This document shows, one piece after another, positions 54,902 through 64,000 of a DNA stretch of 64,000 nucleotides. Under the pieces are notes generated by a model. That model did no database searches. It was not told where the DNA came from and saw nothing but the letters and a program-made list of their open reading frames with translations. How positions within the stretch are numbered: position 1 is the first letter of the stretch; each line of letters opens with the position of its first letter. The stretch is from a virus. The stretch lies in IMG/VR virus record IMGVR_UViG_3300045973_000529, positions 126,500 to 190,499 of that record. The stretch is one strand, 5' to 3'. Made by a program: the position numbers and the translations under genes.

Positions 54902-57054
54902 AGAACCCACTGGACAAGTTCCAATCGCATAGCGTGCACTACGTGATGCTCGCTGCACGGTCAACTGAAGACGTGCGTCGCTTCACCGTTGACAGCCCAC
55001 AAGCACAGAGCGAAACGCTGTCAGCCATCGACGGTGCTCGACAGCTGGGTGATGTGGTGCGAGTCGGTGCTGGCACTGAAGCATTCCTGATGATGGACAC
55101 CCGTCGCTTTGCGCAGTTCGGCATCTCTGACTTTGAGCTCGATACGATGCTGGCCGGCTTCGCGGTTCCAGGGTCAAAGAGTCCCAGCTCCGTCGCTGTC
55201 GGTATGAAGTTCACCGTTGTGGATAGCATGGGCATCTCATTCGCGAACTTCCTGCAGTACCTGATGGACCAAAAGCTGCAGGTGTCATTCGACGGCATGA
55301 CAGTGTTGGTGCGAGTGCTCTTCATCGGGCATAAGTCTGATGGCAGCACTGAGGTCGTGCAGTCACTCACAATTCCAGCGAACTTCAACCAGATCCAGAT
55401 GGACCTGAACGAGGTCAAGGGGCTGTATCACTGCACACTGTTCCCGCTGATTGGTATGGCCTCGAACTCCGCGATGAACCACAAGTGGACGACCATTGGC
55501 ACTGCATCAAGTTACTTCACTGGGGTATCAGCAAACACCCTTGGTGCGGTGGTGAATTCCTTCGAGCGGCGTCTGAATGAGGAGTCGCTGAAGCGGTACA
55601 CGCAACTGAACGCGCAGACACAGAAGGAAGGGGTCAAGACGACGGTTGGCCGGTATGGTCGCCCAGTGCAGTTCATGATTACTCTTCCAAAGGGCTGGGA
55701 CGACTTCCCATTCTCTGGACCGACCCAAGGAAACGTTGTCGAGACCGTCTTCACCGAGCTGGTCAAGAAGGAGAAGGACACGTCGCAATCAGCCGCAAAT
55801 GCGCAGAAGAAGACACAGCAAAATGCAAACGCACCGGCCAAGGACAGCTACGTTTCAGTGGATCCGTCGCTGTCGATCACTGAAGTGCTCGACGTGATCT
55901 TTGGGCAGTGTCTTGATGTTGCCAAGCTTGGGAACTTCACGCACAAGCAAGACACCGACGGCTCGTTGAAGTTCTACAAACACCTCATCACGGTGACCTC
56001 TGACAACGAGAGCTTCACAGTGCACGTTGACGTCGTTGAGTTCATCGTGCCAAACGTCGATCTTGCTACTGGCTCTGGTGCCTCGAGCGTTTCACCGAAC
56101 GATCAGGACCTGTACACCAGCACTCCTATGCCAGATGGCTCGATGAAACGGACGCCAAAGCAGTACATCGAGTACGACTACATCTTCAGCGGCAAGAACC
56201 TTGACGTGCTCAATCTCGACATCAAGATTGAGAACTTGAATGTGCTCCTGATGCAGGGGTCAAAGCTTGGTCAGGGGCAACTGTTCAAGAACGTTGCTGA
56301 AGGTCAGAATCAAGGTGACGGTGAAAGCGTTGCGAAGGACGAGCACCCAATCTACGGGCGTCGTGCAAAGGACCCGGCGCTGATGCCAGCACGATCAGGT
56401 GGCGACAAGACGAACTACTCGAACTTGGCAGCGAACGCGAAGACCGATGGCGATGCAACACCACAAGCAGTGAACCAGCAGTACATCCAGAACCTACAGG
56501 CGTTCTACGCCGCTGGACCAGTTGATGCCAAGATGGTGCTCCGCGGCAATCCAGATCTGATGGTGATGGTGGCGCTGCAGTCGATTCCGCAGCATGTGTC
56601 GGCGATTACCATCACCTCTGATGGTGGTGCCGTCTCGAAGACGAACCAATCAGTGAAGACAGCCTACCGCACCGCCTTCGAGAAGGACTTGCTGCGGTTG
56701 AATGGAATTTCAGACGGTCAGTCGGGTGGAGTGAACTACTCGAACGAAGGGCGGCGTGCAGTTGGATCGCCCATCAACACGCAGATGCTGACTGGTCGGA
56801 ATTTCGTGTCAAGCCCAGTGTTCGCGAAGGTCAATGTCTTTGGTCCAAACGTCGACTTCCTGACGGGTACTGCAAACGTTGGCGACTACGCTCAGCAGTT
56901 GTTCTACGACAACTACTACTTTGTGCATCAACTGGTGTCGAAGATCGACGGGGCAAGGTTCACCCAAGAAGTGTCGTTGCGGTCGTTCAGTTTGTACAGC
57001 TTCCCTAACACCTCAGCCGCTGGTGCTGGTACCAACACCGTGAAGGACAAGTGA
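54898..57054 (+). CDS. baseplate hub protein (gp27-like)
   Basis: Lies between gp53-like and gp5-like genes; YIEYDYIFSGKN, +.GNPDL, FTQEV. Confidence 0.6.
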   Translation: MKNPLDKFQSHSVHYVMLAARSTEDVRRFTVDSPQAQSETLSAIDGARQLGDVVRVGAGTEAFLMMDTRRFAQFGISDFELDTMLAGFAVPGSKSPSSVAVGMKFTVVDSMGISFANFLQYLMDQKLQVSFDGMTVLVRVLFIGHKSDGSTEVVQSLTIPANFNQIQMDLNEVKGLYHCTLFPLIGMASNSAMNHKWTTIGTASSYFTGVSANTLGAVVNSFERRLNEESLKRYTQLNAQTQKEGVKTTVGRYGRPVQFMITLPKGWDDFPFSGPTQGNVVETVFTELVKKEKDTSQSAANAQKKTQQNANAPAKDSYVSVDPSLSITEVLDVIFGQCLDVAKLGNFTHKQDTDGSLKFYKHLITVTSDNESFTVHVDVVEFIVPNVDLATGSGASSVSPNDQDLYTSTPMPDGSMKRTPKQYIEYDYIFSGKNLDVLNLDIKIENLNVLLMQGSKLGQGQLFKNVAEGQNQGDGESVAKDEHPIYGRRAKDPALMPARSGGDKTNYSNLAANAKTDGDATPQAVNQQYIQNLQAFYAAGPVDAKMVLRGNPDLMVMVALQSIPQHVSAITITSDGGAVSKTNQSVKTAYRTAFEKDLLRLNGISDGQSGGVNYSNEGRRAVGSPINTQMLTGRNFVSSPVFAKVNVFGPNVDFLTGTANVGDYAQQLFYDNYYFVHQLVSKIDGARFTQEVSLRSFSLYSFPNTSAAGAGTNTVKDK

Positions 57055-58172
57055 TGCTAATGTCACAGATGATGGAAGGTGTTGTGGTCGACACGAGTGA
57101 TCCAGCACAGATGGGGCGGGTCAAGATTTGGGTGCCCGCGATTGATGGTGATCTGTACAACATTGAGGATCTGCCATGGGCGACGTACGTTTCGCCTGTT
57201 GCAGGTCAGACCCTTGACTATCCGGCTGGACCTGATGGTGCCACAACACCAGGCTTCATGTCGTATGGTTGGTGGTCGGTGCCAAAGAGCGGGTCACTGG
57301 TCGTGGTTGGCTTCCTGTATGGTGACGTGAACCGTCGCATTTACATGGGCTCATACTTCCGTGATCACGGCAATCGCTCTATGCCAGTTGGTCGCAATCG
57401 ATCGGATCTCGGGACAACTCCGTTGTCTGATACCTTTGACCCAGTTGAACCGCAGACGACGAATTTTGGAACTCAGTTCCGCAATCAGCTCGATGCCAGC
57501 GAAGCCAAGACTCGCGGTGCTTATGAGCGTGCCGTTGCTCAAGACAAGACGGACAAGGATGGCACTGAAGGGTACCAAGCTGATCTTATGCAGCCAAAGG
57601 ACAAGGTTGGAAGCCCACAGTACGAGTCACAGACTCACGTGCTCTCAACCCCAGGTCGTCATGCACTGATCTTCCAGGACAACCCAGCCAATGGGCGTGT
57701 CAGAATCAAGACAGCGGCTGGGCATCAGGTGATTCTCGATGATGCCAATGAACGGGTGTACATCAGCACCGCAAAGGGGCAGTCGTGGATCGAGTTGGAT
57801 CAGGACGGGCGGGTGCACATCTATGCAGGCGACAGCATTTCTGTCAGCACTGGTGGGAACTTCAACGTCACTGCGGTTGGGAATCTGAATCTCAATGCGG
57901 GTGGTGACGTGAACATTCAAGCGGGTGGAGCATTGAAGCTCGCTGGCTGTGGCACCGCAAATCTCTCGGGGGCTGGTGTCAATTTGGAATCATCAGCATC
58001 GTTCAATGTTCTCGCTGCTGGAACGCTCCTTCAGACTGGATCGGCAATTCATCTGAATGGACCAAGCGCTTCAGCCGCTGAGTGCCCAACAGCGCCTGAT
58101 ACTGTCCCAACACACGAACCGTGGACACGTGCTGCTACCAAGCAGGCACGTGGCACGAACTGGAAAGCATAA
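57051..58172 (+). CDS. baseplate spike (gp5/VgrG-like, no lysozyme domain)
   Basis: GVVVDTSDPAQMGRVKIWVP OB fold, WW.VPK.G, C-terminal beta-helix repeats. Confidence 0.85.
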   Translation: MMLMSQMMEGVVVDTSDPAQMGRVKIWVPAIDGDLYNIEDLPWATYVSPVAGQTLDYPAGPDGATTPGFMSYGWWSVPKSGSLVVVGFLYGDVNRRIYMGSYFRDHGNRSMPVGRNRSDLGTTPLSDTFDPVEPQTTNFGTQFRNQLDASEAKTRGAYERAVAQDKTDKDGTEGYQADLMQPKDKVGSPQYESQTHVLSTPGRHALIFQDNPANGRVRIKTAAGHQVILDDANERVYISTAKGQSWIELDQDGRVHIYAGDSISVSTGGNFNVTAVGNLNLNAGGDVNIQAGGALKLAGCGTANLSGAGVNLESSASFNVLAAGTLLQTGSAIHLNGPSASAAECPTAPDTVPTHEPWTRAATKQARGTNWKA

Positions 58173-58174
58173 GT

Positions 58175-58549
58175 ATGGCCCTCCCTACCTACCGTGGCTT
58201 CAGTACCCAGAACTATCTGGACTCGAAGACCTTCCTGGTCACGAATCAGGAGCTGGTGAAGCGTGACTTGCTGAATCACATCTATACGATCCCTGGAGAG
58301 CGTGTCCATCTGCCGAACTTCGGCACTCGCATTCCACTACTCGCCTTTGAGCCACTCGATCAGAAGACCCTTGCGATCATCAAGGAGGACCTGACCAAGG
58401 TCTTCGAGTACGATCCACGAGTTCGACTAATCGACATGGCAATCAACGCGATGCCCGACAATAATGCCATTGCGGTGTTCGTGGATTTGATGTACGTCGA
58501 GTTGAATGTCTCTGAGACGCTTCATCTTGAGTTCCCAACTGGAGGCTAA
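58175..58549 (+). CDS. gp25: baseplate wedge protein gp25
   Basis: LVKRDLLNH...GER...PNFGT...YDPRV; start re-called at 58175. Confidence 0.9.
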   Translation: MALPTYRGFSTQNYLDSKTFLVTNQELVKRDLLNHIYTIPGERVHLPNFGTRIPLLAFEPLDQKTLAIIKEDLTKVFEYDPRVRLIDMAINAMPDNNAIAVFVDLMYVELNVSETLHLEFPTGG

Positions 58550-58550
58550 C

Positions 58551-59246
58551 ATGAAGATCAATGAGCTATTTGACAAGACTGAGGATCTGGGCCGGGTCGT
58601 TGCGTTGAGCGAAGAGTTCCACGCCTTCAAGACCATTGGTGGTCGTGAAATCCGGTTCAGCGCCAGCGTGATCAGCGAAGGATGCTGGGAGGTTGAATTC
58701 GCGGAACAGGGTGAGGAAGATCCATACGGTGCCACTATGACCAGCCACAGTATGACGGGTAAGGGACATGAATTCGAAGTTATGTCATTCGTGATGGGGT
58801 GCGTGAAGCGCGTCATCGAGAAGTACTCTCCTCCGCAGATTGAGTTCATGGCCAAGAGCAATGACGAATCACGAGTTTCGCTGTACCGGAAACTGCTGAA
58901 GCGTTTTGCCAGGGACTACAATGTACGTGAGTCTGAGATGGGCATGGACGCTGATGACAAGTTCAAGCACTTCAAGCTGACCAAGAAGACGAACGAAGGC
59001 ATGATGAAGCGCTCAGATCCGTGGATCAGCGGCGAGCGGTCCGACGAGCGCCCGAAGCCAGCTGCCCCAAAGAAGCCATCAGCGCACGACACCAAGATCA
59101 AGAACCTGGCAGCCAAGGCAAACGTGTCCCCTGAAAAGGTTGAGCGGATCTGGAGCGATGTGAAGCGTGAGCTCGACATGAACCACCCGAACTCGTACGC
59201 GATCCTGATGGCTCGGGTGAAACGGGTGCTTGGCATCACGTCCTAA
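58551..59246 (+). CDS. hypothetical protein, paralogue of 63127-63612
   Basis: MKINELF; shared MTG.G...SRV..Y domain; start re-called at 58551 (SD GGAGG). Confidence 0.65.
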   Translation: MKINELFDKTEDLGRVVALSEEFHAFKTIGGREIRFSASVISEGCWEVEFAEQGEEDPYGATMTSHSMTGKGHEFEVMSFVMGCVKRVIEKYSPPQIEFMAKSNDESRVSLYRKLLKRFARDYNVRESEMGMDADDKFKHFKLTKKTNEGMMKRSDPWISGERSDERPKPAAPKKPSAHDTKIKNLAAKANVSPEKVERIWSDVKRELDMNHPNSYAILMARVKRVLGITS

Positions 59247-59249
59247 ATA
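59244..59249 (+). promoter_or_regulatory. late promoter core TAAATA overlapping the upstream stop codon
   Basis: TAA 59244-59246. Confidence 0.75.
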
Positions 59250-59270
59250 GCCCACGACTTCAGGAACACC

Positions 59271-62200
59271 ATGGCCTTCCGAAACACAAACTCTGCCGAG
59301 AGCTGGGACAAGATCTACGAAGCTTTCGATCAGGTGAACTTCACCTCATTCGACTTCGACACGATCAAGCAGTCCCTGATCGACTACCTTCGGATCTACT
59401 ACTCCGAGACCTTCAACGACATGATCCAGTCGTCGGAGCTGATTGCGCTCCTGGAGCTGTTCGCGTATGTCGCTGAACAACTTGCATACCGAGTGGACAT
59501 GGTGTCGCATGAGAACTTCATCACCACCGCGCAGCGCAAGCAGTCGATCCTGCGGATGGCGAAGCTCATCAGCTACAAGGCAACTCGAAACATCCCAGTT
59601 CGCGGTCTTGTGAAGTTCACCAGCGTCTCGACGACTGAGCGGGTCTTTGACTCCCGCAGCGTCGATCTGTCCGGGAACGTCGTGACTTGGAACGACCCGA
59701 ACAACAGCAACTGGAAGGAGCAGTTCATGTTGATCATGAACCGAGTGCTCACCAGCCGGTTCGGTCAACCACAGAAGAGCTTTGCGGTTGGTGACGTAGT
59801 CATGGACCTGTACTCGCTGAACGCCAGCACGAATTCCTTCACGAACGGGGTGTACCCGTTCACTGCTTCGACTGGCCTTGACAACTTCCCAATGGAGCTG
59901 GTTCCAGCTGACATTGACACGGACGGCCCATTTGAACGCGAACCAGATCTCGACTCTTCGATGTCGATCGTGTACGCCAATGACGGCGTTGGCGACGGCT
60001 CAGACTACACGGGCTTCCTTGCATATGTGAAGCAAGGTTCGATGGTTCGCATCGACTACAACATCGTTGAGCAGCTCCCGAACCGTCGTGTTGAGTTCCT
60101 CCCGAACAACGTGAACCACAGTGACGTCTGGGTACAGAAGATCAGCGGCGCTGGTTCCATTCTCGAGCGTTGGACTGAGGTGGAAACCGTCGCTGAACAG
60201 AACCTGATCTTCAACAACAACCGCGACACCCGCAAGAAGTTCGAGGTTGACACACTTGAGAACGACCAGATCGCCATTGTGTTTGGTGATGGCGACTTCT
60301 CTGAAGCACCAGTTGGATTGTACCGCTTTTGGATGCGTCAATCGGCAAACCGTGCGATCGTGATTCCGAAGAACAAGGTCGTGAATCAGACCATGACATT
60401 CACGTACACCTCAGTGGCTGGGAACACGGAGACTTGCACCGTCACTTTCAGTCTCACCACAACGCTACAGAACGGCACCGGCTCCGAGACCATTGAGCAC
60501 GTGCGCTCAGCGGCTCCAGCCACGTACTATGCACAGAACCGCATGGTGAATGGGCAGGACTACAACACGTACCTGCTCAAGGATCCAACCATCCTGCGTC
60601 TGAAGACCATCAACCGCACCTTCGCAGGTCAACCAAAGTTCATCGACTGGAACGACGCCTCGGGGTCGTACGAGAACGTGAAGTTGTTCGGTGATGATCT
60701 GACGATGCGGTACGAGCTTGGTCTCGACACACAGACAACATCACTGTCTGGTCAAGCGCTGATCGACAGCGTGATTGAACCACTGCTGAACACCTCGGGC
60801 ATCATCACTGCGATGCTGCACATCAGCGCAACGGATCCGTCAACCGTTGGTGTTGTGTCGTCTCCACGGCGCTCGTTCATCGAAGACAACCGCGTTGGGC
60901 TGTTCAAGGACGGCACTGGTACCTCGGTGACTCTGATTGATGGGACGATTCCAGACGGTTCTCTGAAGGAGAAGACCGCGATGCAGGGCTTGATTGACCG
61001 TCACTGGTACGGTGAACCAATCGAGTTCGTTGAGAGCCCTGGTGGACAGATTTGGGCGAAGATCCTGGATCCAAATTCAAACCCGAAGGACGACTCACGC
61101 ATCTACTCGGCTTCGGTTCCACGCACCATCGACGGAGTGAACAAGTACCCACCTGGCGACGTTGGTTCAGGGTTGCAACCGATTGCGGAGCAGGACTACT
61201 TTGCGCTGCGCTACAACCGATACATGACTGGCGTCGGCGATGGCACCATTGTCACTAATGAACACAATGCAACGTACTTGATTCCAGCCGGCAGTCCAAC
61301 TACTAATGGTGTAAAGGAGACGTGGACAATTGAGGTTGCGGCTGACGGCAACAGCTTGTACGTTCGCTCTAGTCTGCGTGGCACCTTCCCAACCGGAACC
61401 ATCGGTTCCGACTACAACATCACCCCAGTCGGTGAGACCCAATCAACGAAGTTCTTCAATGTCACGGCTGGAACGAATAGCCCATTCGAGCCGGGTGATG
61501 CCTTCGTGATTGACGTTGTTGGCACGACGGGTGGTTCATCGCAAATGATGGTGCGCACTGGCACTGGGTACAAAGCACTTGGCCTCGGCCCTGACCACCC
61601 AGGCTGCATCAACTTGAATGGTTGGTGGGAGATTCTGTCGTACTCGCAGCTCCAAGACTATCCAGGTGGTCAGATCTCCGATGGTGACGAGTTGTTGTAC
61701 ACCACTGACAATGCACTTCCTGAACTCAAGCAACACAGCTGGCTGATCTTCGTTCGCAAGGTGCGTCAGCAACCAACGAATAACGTCATCGGATACGAGA
61801 TCCACAACCGAAATCTGCGGTTGTCGGTGCAATCCCCAACCACGAAGTTCTGGTACAACGATGCCGATCAGCTCCTTGACAGCGACACCAAGAAGCGTGT
61901 GTACGACAACATCAAGATCCTGCGGTCGAACATGACTTCGGTAGGGCTGGTGCTAGGTGCAAGTCAGCAGTACGACGTCGTTGGCGCTGTGAAGGACAGC
62001 GGAGGCATCGTTGACTTCCATAAGCTCGAGATTGTGCCAACCGATCTGCTGCAAGAGGACAGCTCAGGTGACTTGGTCCCTGATCGTCTGCTGCAGTTCG
62101 AAACGTTCAGCGGTGATTCGTACGAATACTTCACCTTGGCGAACCCAACAGTGACGCTTGACCCCGTGACGAGCCCAACCACCTGGAGCGCGGCATTCAA

Positions 62201-62909
62201 TGCATTCATGACGGCGCCAGCTGGCGCCTTCGTCGACTCGGAGCTTGTTTATGGTCGCCGTCCTCGAATGCCTCGGCTTGGAACTGGTGACACTGGACTG
62301 GACTTTATGTGGCAGCACTTTGCACCGTTCACGAACATCATCGATCCGTCAGTGACGAACATCCATGACGCATTCGTGTTGACCCAAGGGTACTACGACT
62401 CCGTCATCAACTACCTGCGTGGTTTGAGCACATCAGCGCCAACGGCGCCAACTCCACTAGAACTGCGGAACTCGTACAGCTACCTGCTCCAGAACAAGAT
62501 GCTTAGCGACACGGTGGTGCTGCACCCAGGTAAGCTGCGGTTGTTGTTCGGTTCACTTGCAGAGCCGCAGTTCCGTGCCAAGTTCAAGGTCGTTCGGTCT
62601 CCATCTGCATCGCTCACAAATGAGCGTGTCAAGGAGGAGCTCCTCACTGTCATCAACACATACTTCGACATCGGGAACTGGGACTTTGGTGAGACGTTCT
62701 ACGCCACTGAGTTGATCGCGCTGATGCATCAACGACTGCCTACTGAAATCAGCTCAGTTGTGTTGGTGCCGATCTACAGCACGAACTCGTTCGGCGACTT
62801 GTTCACCGTGACCTGTGGCTTTGACGAAATCCTGCAATCGGCAGCCCAGCTGACTGACATCGAGGTTGTCGATGCTCTGACCCCAACAGTCATTCGACAG
62901 GTGCGTTGA
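59271..62909 (+). CDS. gp6: baseplate wedge protein (gp6-like, extended)
   Basis: DFDTIKQSL...LELFAY...ENFITTA; FGDG; E.IEHVR..AP..Y..QNRMV...DY. Confidence 0.88.
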   Translation: MAFRNTNSAESWDKIYEAFDQVNFTSFDFDTIKQSLIDYLRIYYSETFNDMIQSSELIALLELFAYVAEQLAYRVDMVSHENFITTAQRKQSILRMAKLISYKATRNIPVRGLVKFTSVSTTERVFDSRSVDLSGNVVTWNDPNNSNWKEQFMLIMNRVLTSRFGQPQKSFAVGDVVMDLYSLNASTNSFTNGVYPFTASTGLDNFPMELVPADIDTDGPFEREPDLDSSMSIVYANDGVGDGSDYTGFLAYVKQGSMVRIDYNIVEQLPNRRVEFLPNNVNHSDVWVQKISGAGSILERWTEVETVAEQNLIFNNNRDTRKKFEVDTLENDQIAIVFGDGDFSEAPVGLYRFWMRQSANRAIVIPKNKVVNQTMTFTYTSVAGNTETCTVTFSLTTTLQNGTGSETIEHVRSAAPATYYAQNRMVNGQDYNTYLLKDPTILRLKTINRTFAGQPKFIDWNDASGSYENVKLFGDDLTMRYELGLDTQTTSLSGQALIDSVIEPLLNTSGIITAMLHISATDPSTVGVVSSPRRSFIEDNRVGLFKDGTGTSVTLIDGTIPDGSLKEKTAMQGLIDRHWYGEPIEFVESPGGQIWAKILDPNSNPKDDSRIYSASVPRTIDGVNKYPPGDVGSGLQPIAEQDYFALRYNRYMTGVGDGTIVTNEHNATYLIPAGSPTTNGVKETWTIEVAADGNSLYVRSSLRGTFPTGTIGSDYNITPVGETQSTKFFNVTAGTNSPFEPGDAFVIDVVGTTGGSSQMMVRTGTGYKALGLGPDHPGCINLNGWWEILSYSQLQDYPGGQISDGDELLYTTDNALPELKQHSWLIFVRKVRQQPTNNVIGYEIHNRNLRLSVQSPTTKFWYNDADQLLDSDTKKRVYDNIKILRSNMTSVGLVLGASQQYDVVGAVKDSGGIVDFHKLEIVPTDLLQEDSSGDLVPDRLLQFETFSGDSYEYFTLANPTVTLDPVTSPTTWSAAFNAFMTAPAGAFVDSELVYGRRPRMPRLGTGDTGLDFMWQHFAPFTNIIDPSVTNIHDAFVLTQGYYDSVINYLRGLSTSAPTAPTPLELRNSYSYLLQNKMLSDTVVLHPGKLRLLFGSLAEPQFRAKFKVVRSPSASLTNERVKEELLTVINTYFDIGNWDFGETFYATELIALMHQRLPTEISSVVLVPIYSTNSFGDLFTVTCGFDEILQSAAQLTDIEVVDALTPTVIRQVR

Positions 62910-63130
62910 TGCTTATCAAGGAGCTCATGGAGATGAAGGACTACGATCCAGACCACAAGTGCCTGACCCCTGGTGCAATGTTCACAACGCACCAGGACGG
63001 GCACATGCTGACCTTGAAGGTCAAGCTGCCAAAGCACATCTCGCTGCCTGACTCCGAAGAGGATGCGCAGGAGCTTGAGGTGGATTTGCACTACGCCATC
63101 GAGGGCGTTCTGAAGAGGCTCTGGAAATGA
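62909..63130 (+). CDS. small hypothetical protein
   Basis: MLIKELME N-terminus; ATG overlaps the gp6 stop. Confidence 0.6.
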   Translation: MLIKELMEMKDYDPDHKCLTPGAMFTTHQDGHMLTLKVKLPKHISLPDSEEDAQELEVDLHYAIEGVLKRLWK

Positions 63131-63612
63131 AGCTCGAAGAAGTCCTCTCGAGCACGTACAAGTTCGCGCTTACTGATGGTGACGAACCGAAGGAGTACGA
63201 AGCCACGTTCAAATGCGACGACGGCAGCTTCGTCGTCGTGAAGTTCGAGTGGTGGTCAGGTCCTGAGCTGTATGAAGTGCACTTTGCTCGTGACGGTGAT
63301 TGGGACATGACGGGTGGCGGTGATGCCCTGAAGATCTTCGGCACCGTGATCAAGATCATCAAGACGTTCCTGGCTGAAACGAAGCCAAAGTTCCTCGGCT
63401 TCTCAGCCAACAAGGAAGAGCAAAGTCGTGTTGCGTTCTACGGACGCCTCGTGAAGAAGGTTCTGCCTGGCATGAACTACGAAGATGTAACGAACAGCCT
63501 TGATCGTGTCGATCACGAGGTAGCACCGGGCTGGTTCAAGAACAAGATCCGTGCCATCAAAATGTCAGAGCAGTTCCTGCTCGCTCGCAAGGACATGTTG
63601 ACGTTCACCTGA
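63127..63612 (+). CDS. hypothetical protein, paralogue of 58551-59246
   Basis: MKLEEVL; MTGGGDALKIFGTV...SRVAFY. Confidence 0.65.
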   Translation: MKLEEVLSSTYKFALTDGDEPKEYEATFKCDDGSFVVVKFEWWSGPELYEVHFARDGDWDMTGGGDALKIFGTVIKIIKTFLAETKPKFLGFSANKEEQSRVAFYGRLVKKVLPGMNYEDVTNSLDRVDHEVAPGWFKNKIRAIKMSEQFLLARKDMLTFT

Positions 63613-63639
63613 GGCTATCCTCGGCGACACCAGATGCAC

Positions 63640-63663
63640 CTCAGGGACCTTCCGGTCCCTGAG
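63640..63663. terminator. hairpin between convergent operons
   Basis: CTCAGGGACC-TTCC-GGTCCCTGAG. Confidence 0.7.
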
Positions 63664-63698
63664 TCATATGGTTCTATTGGTTCAGCGCTCGAGGTGCC

Positions 63699-63923
63699 TC
63701 AGAACACCGGGAATGGCATCTTTGCCGCTGCCTCTAGCCGCTTGTTGATGAATGACACAGCCATGTCGCGTTCCACTGCCGACATCCTCAGCACCGTCTC
63801 ATACGACCAAGCACCACGGCTGAAGTACGAAATCTCCTGGGCCGATGAGATCAGGCTCTTCGCTTCAGCATGAAGCCGATCGATCATTCCTACGATTCTG
63901 GTGTGATCGCCAGTCAGAATCAT
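63699..63923 (-). CDS. baseplate hub assembly protein (gp51-like)
   Basis: Start re-called at 63923; YF.RGAWSYE.VL.MS..ER. Confidence 0.65.
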   Translation of the reverse strand: MILTGDHTRIVGMIDRLHAEAKSLISSAQEISYFSRGAWSYETVLRMSAVERDMAVSFINKRLEAAAKMPFPVF

Positions 63924-64000
63924 TCGGTGAAAAAACTGACGGGATTCATCGGCAGCTCGACCTTCATGTCGCCACCGCAGTCCTTGCACTTGATCGTCAC
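63920..64000 (-). CDS. C-terminal fragment of a gp26-like baseplate hub protein
   Basis: VTIKCKDCGGDMKVELPMNPVSFFTE*; ATGA overlap with the gp51-like gene; truncated by the window end. Confidence 0.6.
   Translation of the reverse strand: MTIKCKDCGGDMKVELPMNPVSFFTE

Noticed and set aside
63622-63634. 13-mer CGGCGACACCAGA also found next to repeat copy B (38207-38219)
   Set aside because: 13-bp matches are expected by chance in 64 kb, and the hairpin and tail are missing.

Overview
A 64-kb internal segment of a large, fairly GC-rich T4-related contractile-tailed (jumbo-type) phage genome. It has three blocks. (1) 1-18995, + strand: late structural module with large virion proteins, LamG and PKD/DUF11 domains, a fibre-like protein, six copies of a ~65-aa beta domain, a spanin pair, an M23 + GH108 muralytic fusion and a PAAR spike tip. 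(2) 18996-48800, - strand: small early genes, putative head-packaged proteins, a lipoprotein + PEP-CTERM moron, gp41 helicase and gp61 primase, a minimal PolA-like protein, Endo VII, a restriction-like helicase with two complementary methyltransferase-like genes, an ART + NUDIX operon, and gp46/gp47. (3) 48800-64000: a collagen-fibre module, the late sigma factor gp55, a nucleotidyltransferase and the baseplate genes (gp48/54-, gp53-, gp27-, gp5-, gp25-, gp6-, gp51-, gp26-like). Regulatory signals can be read directly: TAAATA late promoters, nTGTAC-N17-TAnnAT early promoters, and many -10 boxes only 5-7 nt upstream of an ATG, which points to leaderless mRNAs. Spanins and the PEP-CTERM protein indicate a Gram-negative host that probably has an exosortase. 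I found no tRNA, rRNA, CRISPR array, intein or integrase. All family calls come from motifs I recognised by eye; no database search was run.
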